64,000 bases of DNA from an uncultured Holophagales bacterium (GCA_963842525.1 CAWJGT010000014.1:32001-96000); one strand, 5' to 3'. Shown: positions 1 through 10,343, counted from the stretch's first letter. Made by a program: numbers and translations. Notes: generated by a model not told the origin, from the letters alone.

Positions 1-374
1 GACAAGACGGGCTCGAGCTCATTCAGCCAGCGCGGCTCCTTGGCGACGACCAGCTCCGCTTCGTCCACGCTGCGCAGGATCAACAGGCCGCCGAGCTTGC
101 CGGCGCCCACGAGGTCGCGCAGGGCCGTCTCGCTGCGGCCTCCGGCAGGCACGATCCGGACGCGGCTGTCCGGCGGCAGCTCGAAGGGCAGCAGCTCCGG
201 GTGGAGGACTGCCACCTCCGGGGTGCCGCCGCGACGGGCGGCCAGCTCCCGCACTCCCCACCACCCGCCGCCCACGACCAAGAGCAGCAGGAGGGAGACG
301 ACCTGGTCTTTCCACTTGAAGAAGCGGAAGAATTCCCAGCGGGCGACTTCCAACGTCATGCGGAGGCGGCTCAT
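1..374 (-). CDS. ABC-2 type transporter permease (NatB-like), 5' part; runs off the window edge
   Basis: ATG at 374 overlaps the ATPase stop (ATGA). Manual translation is MSRLRMTLEVARWEFFRFFKWKDQVVSLLLLLVVGGGWWG..., an N-terminal TM helix typical of ABC-2 permeases. Not in the ORF track. Confidence 0.8.
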   Translation of the reverse strand, partial: MSRLRMTLEVARWEFFRFFKWKDQVVSLLLLLVVGGGWWGVRELAARRGGTPEVAVLHPELLPFELPPDSRVRIVPAGGRSETALRDLVGAGKLGGLLILRSVDEAELVVAKEPRWLNELEPVL

Positions 375-1273
375 GCGGGCTCCTCGGTCTCCTGCGCGGC
401 GGGCTCGGCCGGCGCAGAGCCGCCGAGCGCGCGGACGTAGACGTCGTGCAGGCTCTGCCGCTCGGTCCGGATCTCGACGATCTCGTGCTCCCGCTCGATG
501 GCGGCGATGAGGTCGGCCAGCCGGTCGCCGTCGCGCGGCTCAATGGCAATGGCGTCCGCCTCGCCCCGGACGGTGACCCAGATCCTGCGGCTGGATGGCG
601 CCGCACCGAGGATCTCCCGGATGGTCCCCGAGAGCACCTCGCGGCCCTGGCCCATGAGCAGGACGCGGTCGGCCACCCGCTCGATCAGCTCCATCTGGTG
701 GGCGGACAGCAGCACGGTCATCCCCCCGGCGCGCAGCTCGCGCAGGAGCCCGAGGAGGACCTCCTGGTTCAGGGGATCGAGGCCGGAGAACGGCTCGTCC
801 AGGAGGGCGAAGCGGGGACGGTGGAGGATCGCGGAAGCGAGCTGGACCTTCTGCTGGTTGCCCTTGGAGAGGGTCTCCAGCCGGTCGCCGGCGCGCTCGG
901 CGAGCCCGAGCCGGTCGAGCCAGACACGCGCCTCCCGCTCGGCGCTCCGCCGGTCCATGCCGCGCAGGACACCGAAGTAGGCCAGGGTGCGGAGGACCGG
1001 GATGTCCTTGTAGAGACCCCGGTCCTCGGGCAGATAGCCGAGGTCGGGCGGACTCGGAGCCCGCCCCGGACCGCCGATCCCGTAGATGATCTCTCCGGCG
1101 TCCGGCCGGAGGATGCCCACCAGCATGCGGACCAGAGTCGACTTGCCGGCGCCGTTCGGACCGAGGAGGGCGAAGATCTCTCCAGGGCGGACCGCGAAGG
1201 AGATTCCGTCGACTGCCTTGACCTGCTCGAAGCTCTTCTCGACCTTTTCGACCCGCACGACCGGCTGGCTCAT
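371..1273 (-). CDS. ABC transporter ATP-binding protein (NatA-like)
   Basis: Walker A GPNGAGKS, signature LSKGNQQK, Walker B LLDEPFSGLDP and H-loop SAH. Likely start MSQPVV at 1273. Confidence 0.93.
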   Translation of the reverse strand: MSQPVVRVEKVEKSFEQVKAVDGISFAVRPGEIFALLGPNGAGKSTLVRMLVGILRPDAGEIIYGIGGPGRAPSPPDLGYLPEDRGLYKDIPVLRTLAYFGVLRGMDRRSAEREARVWLDRLGLAERAGDRLETLSKGNQQKVQLASAILHRPRFALLDEPFSGLDPLNQEVLLGLLRELRAGGMTVLLSAHQMELIERVADRVLLMGQGREVLSGTIREILGAAPSSRRIWVTVRGEADAIAIEPRDGDRLADLIAAIEREHEIVEIRTERQSLHDVYVRALGGSAPAEPAAQETEEPA

Positions 1274-1424
1274 GATCCTCCCGTCGAGGAAGCTTCCCGG
1301 AAAGCTAGCACGAAGCCGAGCGCGTCCGGCGCTCGCTTCCCGCATGCTAGACTCGTTGCCGAAAGCCATGCCCCGGCGCCGCCCGCATTCCGGGCTGGCC
1401 TTTTCCGGGCGAGGTGAGTATCGT

Positions 1425-2261
1425 ATGGCTGCAATTCCCCTATCCCTCGATGTCGAATATCCGGAATCCGACGGGAGGCCCTTGGGAGAGTCTGACCTTC
1501 ACCGCGACGAGATCGTCGATCTCATCGCAGCCCTGCAGGACCGGTATCAGGAAGCCGCCGAGGTCTACGTGGCCGGCAACCTGTTCCTCTACTATCAGAA
1601 GGGCGATCCGAGGGCGGTCGTCTGTCCGGATGTGTTCCTCGTCCGGGGCGTGGAGAAGAGGAAGCGGCGGACCTACAAGCTCTGGGAAGAGGGTCGGGTG
1701 CCGTCGCTGGTCGTCGAGGTCACCTCCCTGAGCACGAGCGACGAGGACCTCCAGGACAAGAAAAGAACCTACGAGCGGCTCGGGGTCGAGGAGTACTTTC
1801 TGTTCGATCCCGAAGGGGAGTACCTGACTCCCTGCTTCCAGGGCTTCCGGCTCGTGAAGGGCCGGTACCGCCCCCTGTCTCCTGGGGTTGACGGCTCGCT
1901 GCCGAGCCGCGTCACGGGCCTGGCACTGCGGCCCGAGGGGGACAAGCTGCGCCTCGTGGATCCTGTGACAGGCGAGCAGTTATCCTGGGTGGCAGAGCTC
2001 GCGCCGGCCCGAAGAGCCGCCGAGGCCCGGGCGGCCCAGGAGGAAGCGATGCGCCGGGACGCCGAGGTCCGGGCCACCGAGGAGGCGGCAAGACGCCGGG
2101 ATGCCGAAGCCCGGGCCGCCGAGGAAGAGGCAAGGCGCCACGATGCCGAGGCTCGGGCCTCTGGGGAAGAAGCCCGGCGCCGGGACGCCGAAGCCCGGGC
2201 GGCGCAGGCCGAAGAGGAGCTCGCCCGCCTGCGGCGCGAGCTCGAGCTCCGCAGCACCTGA
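1425..2261 (+). CDS. Uma2-family (PD-(D/E)xK) endonuclease with coiled-coil repeat tail, copy 1
   Basis: Motifs YPESDGRPLGE, PDVFLV, VVEVTS, K..YERLGVEEYFLFDP. The C-terminus has 14-aa RRDAEARAAEEEAR-like repeats. RBS-like GAGGTG upstream. Confidence 0.88.
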   Translation: MAAIPLSLDVEYPESDGRPLGESDLHRDEIVDLIAALQDRYQEAAEVYVAGNLFLYYQKGDPRAVVCPDVFLVRGVEKRKRRTYKLWEEGRVPSLVVEVTSLSTSDEDLQDKKRTYERLGVEEYFLFDPEGEYLTPCFQGFRLVKGRYRPLSPGVDGSLPSRVTGLALRPEGDKLRLVDPVTGEQLSWVAELAPARRAAEARAAQEEAMRRDAEVRATEEAARRRDAEARAAEEEARRHDAEARASGEEARRRDAEARAAQAEEELARLRRELELRST

Positions 2262-2346
2262 TCCCCACTGCTTCCAACGCGCTGAAGTCGTCCCGCCCCT
2301 CCGGCCGGGTACAATGCCTCCTCCATTCGGAGCGGGATCGAAAGCT

Positions 2347-2948
2347 ATGAGAGTCATGAAGCTCGGCGGGACGTCGGTAGGCAGCGCGGAGCGCATGCGG
2401 GGCGCGATGCGCCTGGTGGGCGCGGCGGTCACGGAGAGCCGGGTCCTAGTCGTGGCTTCGGCGGTGGCGGGGGTCACCAACCTGCTGATCGAGGGAGCGC
2501 GGACCGCCGCCGAGGGAGGCGACGCCGGAGCGGGCGAGAGGTTCCGGGCGGTCCATCGTGGGATCCTGGACGAGCTCGCCGCGGCCGGCACGCTCGTCCC
2601 CGAGGTCCGGGACCAGGTCCTCCGGGCGCTCGACGAGCTTTCGGCCGAGCGGCGCGGCACCGGCGCCGCTTCCGCTACGAGACCAACGTCGGGGCCGGGC
2701 TGCCGGTGATCGACACGGTGCGCTTCGTTGGCACCATCGACGAGGCGGGCTGCCGCGTTGGTCTGCGGGTGGTCGGGCCGGATCATCCCCTGCGCCATAT
2801 CCGGGGCGGCGAGAACGCCTACAGCTTCCTGACCGAGCACTACCGTCCTCGCCCTCTGGTCGTCCAGGGGTACGGAGCGGGACCGGAGGTCACCGCGGCC
2901 GGGCTCCTGGCCGACATCCTCAAGGTGGCCACGAAGGCGGTGCTGTGA
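2347..2948 (+). pseudogene. thrA: Internally deleted bifunctional aspartokinase/homoserine dehydrogenase remnant
   Basis: AK N-terminus MRVMKLGGTSV...VVASAVAGVTNLL (about 100 aa). After a frame change come HSD motifs RFRYETNVGAGLPVIDT and PLVVQGYGAGPEVTAAGLLADIL. Only 600 bp remain of a gene that is normally about 2.4 kb. Lies upstream of thrB-thrC. Confidence 0.85.
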
Positions 2949-3035
2949 GGCTGCGTGCTAGACTCGTTGCCGAAAGCCATGCCTCGGTGCCGCATGCATC
3001 CTGGGCTGGCCTTTCCCAGGCGAGGTGAGTATCGT

Positions 3036-3737
3036 ATGGCCGCTATACCACTGTCCCTCGATGTCGAGTATCCGGAATCCGACGGGAGGCCCTTGGGAGA
3101 GTCCGACCTTCACCGCGACGAGATCGTCGATCTCATCGCAGCGCTGCGGCACAGGTACCAGGAAACTGCCGATGTCTATGTCGCCGGCAACCTCTTCCTG
3201 TATTACCAGAAGGGCGATCCGCGAGCGGTCGTCTGTCCGGATGTATTCCTTGTCCGGGGTGTGGAAAAGAGAAAGCGGCGGACCTACAGGCTCTGGGAAG
3301 AGGGCCGGGTACCGTCGCTGGTCGTCGAGGTGACCTCCCTGAGCACGAGCGAAGAAGACCTCTGGGGCAAGAAAAGCACCTACGAGCGGCTCGGAGTCGA
3401 GGAGTACTTCCTGTTCGATCCCGAGGGGGAGTACCTGACCCCCCGCTTCCAGGGCTTCCGGCTGGTGAAGGGCCGGTACGTCCCGCTGTCCCCAGGGGCC
3501 GACGGCTCACTGCCGAGCCGGGTCACGGGCCTGGCCTTGCGGCCCGAGGAGGACAAGCTGCGCCTCGTGGATCCCGGGACGGGCGAGCGGCTGCTCTGGA
3601 TCGACGAGCTCGCCGACGCCCGGGACGCCGCGGAAGCCCGGGCTCGGGACGCTGAGGCCCGGGCGGCCCATGCCGAGGAAGAGCTCGCCCGTCTGCGGCG
3701 CGAGGCTCCGAACGCCGCAGCTCCTGAGGGCCAGGGG
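3036..3737 (+). CDS. Uma2-family endonuclease, copy 2; no stop codon, reads in frame into thrB
   Basis: Close paralog of 1425..2261, including about 80 bp of upstream leader. The frame continues ...ARLRREAPNAAAPEGQGVRLRAFAPA. Confidence 0.85.
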
Positions 3738-4662
3738 GTGAGGCTCCGCGCCTTCGCTCCGGCCGGCGTGGGCAACTTCGCCGCGGGGTTCGACGTCCTG
3801 GGGGCGGCGGTCGCTCCGGTGGACGGGAGCCTCTGGGGGGATTGGGTCGAGGTCGAAGAATCGGATGCTCCGCGCCTGGTCTGCACGGGTCCCTTCGCTC
3901 ACCTCCTGCCTCCTGATCCCGCCGACAACCTGGTGAGCCTCACGCGCGACCTGTTCGCCGAACGCGTTCCCCTGCCGCCGCTCTCCCTCACGCTGTACAA
4001 GGGGCTGCCGGTGGGGAGCGGCCTCGCCTCCAGCGCGACGAGCGTGGCGGCCACGGCGGTGGCTCTCAACGCCTGGTGCGGCAGCCCCCTCGGCCCCGCC
4101 GAGCTGCTGGCCCTGGCGGGCAAGGCCGAGAGCCACGCCTCGGGCGCGTTCCACCTCGACAACGTGGCTCCGGCCCTGCTGGGCGGGCTCCTCCTCGTGC
4201 CGCCCTCGGGCCTGCCGCGCTCCCTCCCCTTGCCCCCCGATCTGCGGATCGTGATGGCCAGCCCGGCCCTGGAGCTCGCCACCCGCGAAGCCCGGCGCGT
4301 GCTGCCTCGCGAGGTGCCGCTCGCCCTCGCCGTAGACCACGCGCAGAACCTTGCCGGTCTGGTGCATGCTCTGTCACACAGACGACCGGGCGCTCTTGCG
4401 GGTGACCCTGAGGGATCTGCTCGCCGAGCCCTGGCGCGCTGACCTCGTCCCCGGCTTCCGCGAAGCGCAAAGGGCAGCTCTGGAGGCCGGCGCTCTGGGA
4501 GCCAGCCTCTCCGGCGCCGGCCCGGCAGTCTTCGCCGTGGCCGAAGAGCAGGACGCTCCCGCGGTGGCCGCAGGCCTGGTTGGCGGTTTCCAGAGCCGGG
4601 GAGTCGCCGCCGAGGCACGGATCTGCGTCCTCGATCTTCAGGGAGCCCGGATCCTCTCGTGA
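3738..4662 (+). CDS. thrB: Homoserine kinase, with a frameshift near 4373
   Basis: AFAPAGVGNFAAGFDVLG, GHMP motif KGLPVGSGLASSA and HLDNVAP. The C-terminus (AEPWRADLVPG...SLSGAGP) is in another frame. Stop overlaps the thrC start. Confidence 0.88.
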
Positions 4663-5936
4663 TCCTCCAAAGCACCCGCGATCCGCAGGCCACCGCCACC
4701 TTTGGCGAGGCCATGACCCGCAACCTCGCTCCCGACGGCGGGCTCTACGTACCGATCTCCCTCCCCTCCTTTGCGGACGTGGACGACCTGCTCGGGCTTT
4801 CCTGGGAAGAACGGTCGGTCGAGATCCTGGTCCGTCTGCTGGGAGACGAATACGCGGAGGAAGACCTCGTCGGGATCGCCCGGGACGCCTTCGACTTCCC
4901 CGTCCCCCTCGTACCGGTCGAAGACGGCGTCTTCGCCCTGGAGCTGTTCCACGGTCCGTCGCTGGCCTTCAAGGACTTCGGCGCCCGCTTCCTCGCCCGC
5001 ATGCTGCGGCTCGAACAGGAGCGTCCGCTCACGATCCTGACCGCAACGAGCGGCGACACCGGAGCGGCCGTGGCCCTCGCCTTCTGGCACCTGCCCGGCA
5101 TCCGCGTTGTCGTGCTCTATCCGAAAGGCCGCGTCTCTCCTCTCCAGGAGCGGCAATTCGCAAGCCTCGGAGACAACGTCCTCGCTCTCGCGGTCGATGG
5201 CGCCTTCGACGACTGCCAGGCTCTGGCCAAGGCATGCTTTGCGGACCCGGAGCTCTCGCGCGACCTCGGGCTCACCTCGGCGAACTCGATCAACGTCGCC
5301 CGGCTCCTCGCCCAGACCCTCTACTATTTCGAAGGGGTGGCGGCCCTGCGCCGTCAGGGGATCGACGCGCCGCCCGTGATCGCGGTGCCGAGCGGCAACT
5401 TCGGAAACCTCTGCGCCGGCCTCTGGGCTTGGCGGATGGGCCTCCCGGTCCGCGCCTTCGTGGCCGCCACCAACGCCAACACCACCGTCCCCGATTATCT
5501 GGAGACCGGCGCCTATCGGCCCCGCCCAAGCGTCGCCACCCTCTCGAACGCCATGGACGTGGGCGCCCCGAGCAACTGGGAGCGCATCGCTCATCTTTTC
5601 CAAGGAGATTGGCGGTCGCTTCGCGAGGCTCTGCGCTGGGGCAGCCTGGACGACGACGGCACCCGCGCCGCCATCCGCCACCTCGACGCCCAGGGCTATC
5701 TCGCCGATCCCCACAGCGCCGTGGCCTGCACGATCCTTAAAAGCAAGCTTCACCCTGATGAGACCGGCCTCTTCCTGGCATCCGCCCATCCTGCCAAGTT
5801 CAAGGAATCGCTGGAGCCCGTGCTCGGCCGGGAAATTCCGCTGCCGCCCGCCCTGGCCGACCTGATCGACCGGCCGTTGCTGGCGGAGCTGATGCCGAAC
5901 GATCCGGAGGCCCTGAAACGGCGCCTGCGTAGATAA
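4659..5936 (+). CDS. thrC: Threonine synthase
   Basis: LAPDGGLYVP, PLP-lysine motif LELFHGPSLAFKDFGARF, ATSGDTG, ANSINVARL, VPSGNFGN and AHPAKF. Confidence 0.96.
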   Translation: MILQSTRDPQATATFGEAMTRNLAPDGGLYVPISLPSFADVDDLLGLSWEERSVEILVRLLGDEYAEEDLVGIARDAFDFPVPLVPVEDGVFALELFHGPSLAFKDFGARFLARMLRLEQERPLTILTATSGDTGAAVALAFWHLPGIRVVVLYPKGRVSPLQERQFASLGDNVLALAVDGAFDDCQALAKACFADPELSRDLGLTSANSINVARLLAQTLYYFEGVAALRRQGIDAPPVIAVPSGNFGNLCAGLWAWRMGLPVRAFVAATNANTTVPDYLETGAYRPRPSVATLSNAMDVGAPSNWERIAHLFQGDWRSLREALRWGSLDDDGTRAAIRHLDAQGYLADPHSAVACTILKSKLHPDETGLFLASAHPAKFKESLEPVLGREIPLPPALADLIDRPLLAELMPNDPEALKRRLRR

Positions 5937-5969
5937 AGAGGGTGTCTGGAAATTCCTGCGCGAGCCCTG

Positions 5970-6114
5970 GTCCCTCACCCCCGGCCCCTCTCCCATCCGC
6001 ACTCACACCCGCCCGGGAGAGGGGAGCCCCCACCCAGGAGCTTCCTGATCATGCTTTTCTCCCCTCTCCCGGGGGAAGGGAGTGCGGCTGGGAGAGGGGC
6101 CGGGGGTGAGGGGA
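5970..6114. repeat. REP-like palindromic element, class A (CCCTCACCCCCGGCCCCTCTCCC ... GGGAGAGGGGCCGGGGGTGAGGG)
   Basis: Long terminal inverted repeat enclosing two internal CCCCTCTCCC/GGGAGAGGGG hairpins, between convergent genes. Confidence 0.85.
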
Positions 6115-7017
6115 TCACACCGCCTTGAGGCGACGGTTCTCCCTCACCAGCAGGGTGAGCCAGATCCCGGCTGCCACGACGAGGACCCCCACGCCGAGGG
6201 AGAGCAGCAGGAACCAGCGCTTCCAGCGGGCCTCATGAGCCTTCACTCCTTTCTCGAGCTCGTCGAGCCAGGCCCTGCGCTCCGCCGCCGCCACGGCCTG
6301 GAGCTGCTGCAGGAAGGCCTGGCGGTCCTGCCGCAGCACCGCGCCGAGCTCGCCCTGGAGGGCGTCGGCGGCGCCGAGGAGCGCGCCCTCGGTGCCCGCC
6401 CGCAGGGTGTTGGCAAAGACTGCCGATTTGCCGTCGAGCGCCTGGACCGCCGGGCCAAGCTGGGTCTCCACAGTCCGTTGCACCCCACGATCAATCCCGG
6501 TGGCCACGCCGGCCGCGATGGCCCGCGAAATGTCCTCCTGGGTCGACCTGAGCACCGCCTGTGCGATGCCGGTCGTGAAGTCCTCGGCTTTGCGGCGGTT
6601 CTCTGCGGTGAGCACCTTCTCGAAGACGGCCTCGACGCTTCCAGCAAGCTCTTCCCGCACCTTGGGCAGGACGTCGCGCTCGAGGGTCCGGGCGAGGGCC
6701 GGCCCGGCCGCCTCCACCAGCTCGGCCGTCAGCTCCCGCGCCCGTGCCCGCCGCTCGTCCCGCGACAGGTCTTCCCAGGCCGCGTCGAGCACGGCCTTTG
6801 TCACGACCTTGGTCGAAGCCTCGATCTCGGGCGAGGTGAGCAGAGCTTGCAGTGCCTCGCGGTTTTCCGGCTTCTTCAGGGCCCCCAGGCTGCCCGTCAA
6901 CACCGAGCCCGCCTTGCCCTCGAGGTCGAGATAGCGGGAGCAGCCGCCGACGAGGAGACCGCACGCGAGGGCCGCGACGACGATTGCTGTGCTGCCTGAC
7001 CGGACTCGCTGCCACAT
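6115..7017 (-). CDS. Hypothetical helical lipoprotein with a C-terminal TM segment
   Basis: Signal/lipobox-like MWQRVRSGSTAIVVAALACGLLVGGC, Ala/Leu/Glu-rich helical body and C-terminal WFLLLSLGVGVLVVAAGIWLTLLV. Confidence 0.7.
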   Translation of the reverse strand: MWQRVRSGSTAIVVAALACGLLVGGCSRYLDLEGKAGSVLTGSLGALKKPENREALQALLTSPEIEASTKVVTKAVLDAAWEDLSRDERRARARELTAELVEAAGPALARTLERDVLPKVREELAGSVEAVFEKVLTAENRRKAEDFTTGIAQAVLRSTQEDISRAIAAGVATGIDRGVQRTVETQLGPAVQALDGKSAVFANTLRAGTEGALLGAADALQGELGAVLRQDRQAFLQQLQAVAAAERRAWLDELEKGVKAHEARWKRWFLLLSLGVGVLVVAAGIWLTLLVRENRRLKAV

Positions 7018-7251
7018 AGAAAGCCTCCTGGGTTCAGAAGTATCCGGAAGTAAGGGCCGGCGGGCGGACGGTTTCGTTACATCCGCGATCCCTGTAACGA
7101 AGCCTGCCCCGGCCACGCCCAACGGTTACGAAGGACCTACGTCTTGTTAGAAGCTCTTGAAACTTTAGCACGGCGCGCCTAGAATCGACACAAGCACGCG
7201 CCATTCTGAAAACGCCGAAAACGCCCCCGCCGGGCGAGAAGGGATCTCCGA

Positions 7252-8850
7252 ATGGCCCCGACGGACCAGGGTGCCGTTGCCCCCGAGGAGCTGTCCCGCA
7301 GGCGCAGAAAGGCCCTGCTCTTGGGCTTCCTCTTTCTCGGCCTGCCGGCGCTCGTCGTTCTCTGGGCGCTCTTCCGCTTCACCGGCGACCGTCCGGTCGA
7401 GTATGCGGACGACGTCGCGCACTTCAAGTACGGCTCGACCGGCGGCGAGCGCCTGACGGGTATCCCCTACTGGATCTGGGTGGCCCTCCCTGAGGTCTTC
7501 CCCGAGTACCTGCCGGACAAGACCCCCGGCCGCGGCTACAGCTCGTTCGGGATGATCTACGAGAAGGGGAAGGATCCGCGATACGCCCTGCCGGTGGGCG
7601 TGTCGAGGCGCACGGTGCAAGGCATCGAGAGGGTCTACCTGAACTGCGCCGTCTGCCACACCGGCACGGTGCGGGACGCACGCGGCGCCGAGCCGCGGGT
7701 GATCGCCGGCATGCCCGCCAACACCTTCGACATCGGCGCCTGGGGCCAATTCCTCACCGCGATCGCCCGCGATCAGAAGTTCACGCCGCAGCGGCTGCTC
7801 GATCAGGTCCGGGTGATGGAAGACGATCCCGACCGCCTCGTCGGCGAGCCCGATCTGGTCAATCGGCTGATCTTCCGCTACGTCGCCGTCTATCGGATGC
7901 GCGACCAGCTCCTGATGCTGCGCCAGCGGACGAGCTTCATCGATTTCGCGAGTTGGGGCCCGGGCCGGGACGATACCTTCGGCCCCAACAAGGCCTTCTT
8001 CAACTTCCCCATGGACCACGCCGACCCCGCCGAGCTCAACGGCTTCGCCGACTTCCCGTCGATCTGGAACCAGGGGCCACGCCAGGAGAGGAAGATGCAG
8101 CTCCACTGGGACGGCAACAACGACCAGGTCACCGAGCGCAACCTGAACGCCGCCTTCGGCACCGGCGCCTACCCGCCGACGATCGACGCCGAGAGCGTCC
8201 AGCGCACCGCAAGATGGCTCGAAAGGACCGCCCAGCCGCCACCCTATCCCTACGCCCTCGACAAGATGCTCGCGGCCAAGGGCAAGCCGATCTACCAGCA
8301 CTACTGCGCCGGCTGCCACGGCACCCGCGAGCCGCCGTTCAGTCACAACCCACCGCTGCCGAACGAGCACGTGGGAAAGGTAATTCCGATCGCCGCGATC
8401 GGCACCGACCGCCACCGCCTCGATTCCTTCACCTGGCTGCTCGCGGTCAATCTAGGCACCAACTACGCCGGCTACGGGAGAGAGGCGGGGCGAGCCGATT
8501 ACCCGGCGCGCTTCACCCACTACCGCAAGACCTACGGCTACGCCAATACGCCGCTCGACGGCCTCTGGCTGCGCGCCCCCTATCTGCACAACGGCTCGGT
8601 CCCCACGCTGGCGGACCTGCTCGAGCCGCCGGAGAACCGCCCCAAAGACTTCTACCGTGGCGACGACGTCTACGACCCGGTCCGCGTCGGCTTCGTGTCG
8701 AACGTCGCGCGTGAGGGAAAACGCAAATACTTTGCGTTCCATACCCGGAAGCCGGGCAATTCCAATGCGGGTCACACGGGGCCGGCCTATGGGACGGACC
8801 TGCCGGCCGAGCAAAAACGGGCGCTTCTCGAGTACCTGAAGACCTTTTGA
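7252..8850 (+). CDS. Membrane-anchored di-heme cytochrome c, RoxA/MauG-CcP superfamily-like (paralog 1)
   Basis: N-terminal TM helix, CAVCH and CAGCH heme sites, PLDGLWLRAPYLHNGSVPTL motif and C-terminal ALLEYLKTF. Confidence 0.85.
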   Translation: MAPTDQGAVAPEELSRRRRKALLLGFLFLGLPALVVLWALFRFTGDRPVEYADDVAHFKYGSTGGERLTGIPYWIWVALPEVFPEYLPDKTPGRGYSSFGMIYEKGKDPRYALPVGVSRRTVQGIERVYLNCAVCHTGTVRDARGAEPRVIAGMPANTFDIGAWGQFLTAIARDQKFTPQRLLDQVRVMEDDPDRLVGEPDLVNRLIFRYVAVYRMRDQLLMLRQRTSFIDFASWGPGRDDTFGPNKAFFNFPMDHADPAELNGFADFPSIWNQGPRQERKMQLHWDGNNDQVTERNLNAAFGTGAYPPTIDAESVQRTARWLERTAQPPPYPYALDKMLAAKGKPIYQHYCAGCHGTREPPFSHNPPLPNEHVGKVIPIAAIGTDRHRLDSFTWLLAVNLGTNYAGYGREAGRADYPARFTHYRKTYGYANTPLDGLWLRAPYLHNGSVPTLADLLEPPENRPKDFYRGDDVYDPVRVGFVSNVAREGKRKYFAFHTRKPGNSNAGHTGPAYGTDLPAEQKRALLEYLKTF

Positions 8851-8864
8851 AGGGAGCGCGAGCC

Positions 8865-10343
8865 ATGCTCTGGAAGCGAATCGATTGGCGCAAGGTCGTG
8901 ACCGGGATCGTCGTCCTGGCCATCCTCGCGGTGCCCCTGGCCCTGATCGCCTGGTACAAGATCTTCCGCGAGGTACCGCAGGACGCGTGGATCACCTCCA
9001 ATGACCGGAACAACTTCCTCTACGGCTCGATCGGCGGGGAGGAAGAGCTCGGCATGCCGTACTGGATCTGGCTGGTGCTGCCGCGCATGTTCCCCGAGTA
9101 CCTGCCGGGGCCTGGCGGATATGCCTCGGTGGGCATCCCCTGGGAGGAAGGCAAGGAGATGCCGGCAGGCTTCACCAAGCGGACGATCGGCTTCCCGCGG
9201 GTCGGCAACAACTGCGCGCTCTGCCACGCCACGTCCTACCGCACGAAGGAGGAGGAGACCCCGATCGTCGTGCCGGCGGGCCCCGGCAATACGCAGCACG
9301 TCCAGGCCCTCATCGCGTTCTTCATGCGGGCCGCCCAGGACCCGCGGTTCAACGCCGACAACATCCTGGCCGAGATCGATCAGGTCTACAAACTGTCGTT
9401 TGTCGACAGGCTGCTCTACCGCTATGCCTTCATCCCCCGCACCCGCGACGCTCTGATCGAACAGGGCAAGCAGTTCGGCTGGGCGGCGGAGCGCCCGCCT
9501 TGGGGTCCGGGCCGCGACGCGCCGATGAACCTGACGAAGTTCAACTTCCTCAAGATGCACGTCGACAACAGCGTCGACACCACGGACTTCCCGGCGATCT
9601 GGCACCTTGCGGCCCGCGAGCAGAAGGGGCGCACCTACGAGGAGGGCAAGCCTGTCACCGCCCGGACCATGCTGATGAACCTGGACGGAGCCACGACCTC
9701 CTTCCGCTCGGTGGTCATCGACTCGGCCCTGGGCCTGGGGGCCAGGAACACTCCGTTTTTCAACCACCGCATCCCCGAGATGCTGGAATGGCTGAAGGTC
9801 TTCAAGCCGCCCGCCTACCCGCTGCCCGTCGACCGGCCGAAGGCGGCGCGCGGCCAGCTCGTATTCGAGGCCCAATGCGGCTCCTGCCACACCCCCGGCC
9901 GCGACAACCGCATGGGTACGGTCATCCCCATTGCGGAGGTCGGCACCGACGTCGAGCGCCTCGACACCTGGCGAGGGACTGGCGCGGCGAAGCGCGCCAA
10001 CGAGAGGGTCGCGTCGATGGGGATCACACGGACTCCGATGATCGAGACCGACGGCTATATCGCCGTGCATCTCGACGGCCTCTGGCTGCGCGCGCCGTAC
10101 CTGCACAACGGCTCGGTGCCCACGCTGCGGGCGCTGCTCGACTCGCCGGACCAGCGGCCCAACACCTTCTACCGTGGCTACAACGTGCTGGACCCGGTCG
10201 ACGTCGGCTACGTCAGCACCGGACCCGAGGGCTGGCGCTTCGACACTGCCCAACGAGGCAACGGCAACGGCGGCCATCTCTGGGGAACGGCGTTGGCGCC
10301 GGCCGAAAAGGACGACCTGCTCGAGTATCTGAAGACGCTGTGA
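8865..10343 (+). CDS. Membrane-anchored di-heme cytochrome c, RoxA/MauG-like (paralog 2)
   Basis: CALCH and CGSCH heme sites, LDGLWLRAPYLHNGSVPTL and DLLEYLKTL. Collinear with paralog 1. Confidence 0.85.
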   Translation: MLWKRIDWRKVVTGIVVLAILAVPLALIAWYKIFREVPQDAWITSNDRNNFLYGSIGGEEELGMPYWIWLVLPRMFPEYLPGPGGYASVGIPWEEGKEMPAGFTKRTIGFPRVGNNCALCHATSYRTKEEETPIVVPAGPGNTQHVQALIAFFMRAAQDPRFNADNILAEIDQVYKLSFVDRLLYRYAFIPRTRDALIEQGKQFGWAAERPPWGPGRDAPMNLTKFNFLKMHVDNSVDTTDFPAIWHLAAREQKGRTYEEGKPVTARTMLMNLDGATTSFRSVVIDSALGLGARNTPFFNHRIPEMLEWLKVFKPPAYPLPVDRPKAARGQLVFEAQCGSCHTPGRDNRMGTVIPIAEVGTDVERLDTWRGTGAAKRANERVASMGITRTPMIETDGYIAVHLDGLWLRAPYLHNGSVPTLRALLDSPDQRPNTFYRGYNVLDPVDVGYVSTGPEGWRFDTAQRGNGNGGHLWGTALAPAEKDDLLEYLKTL

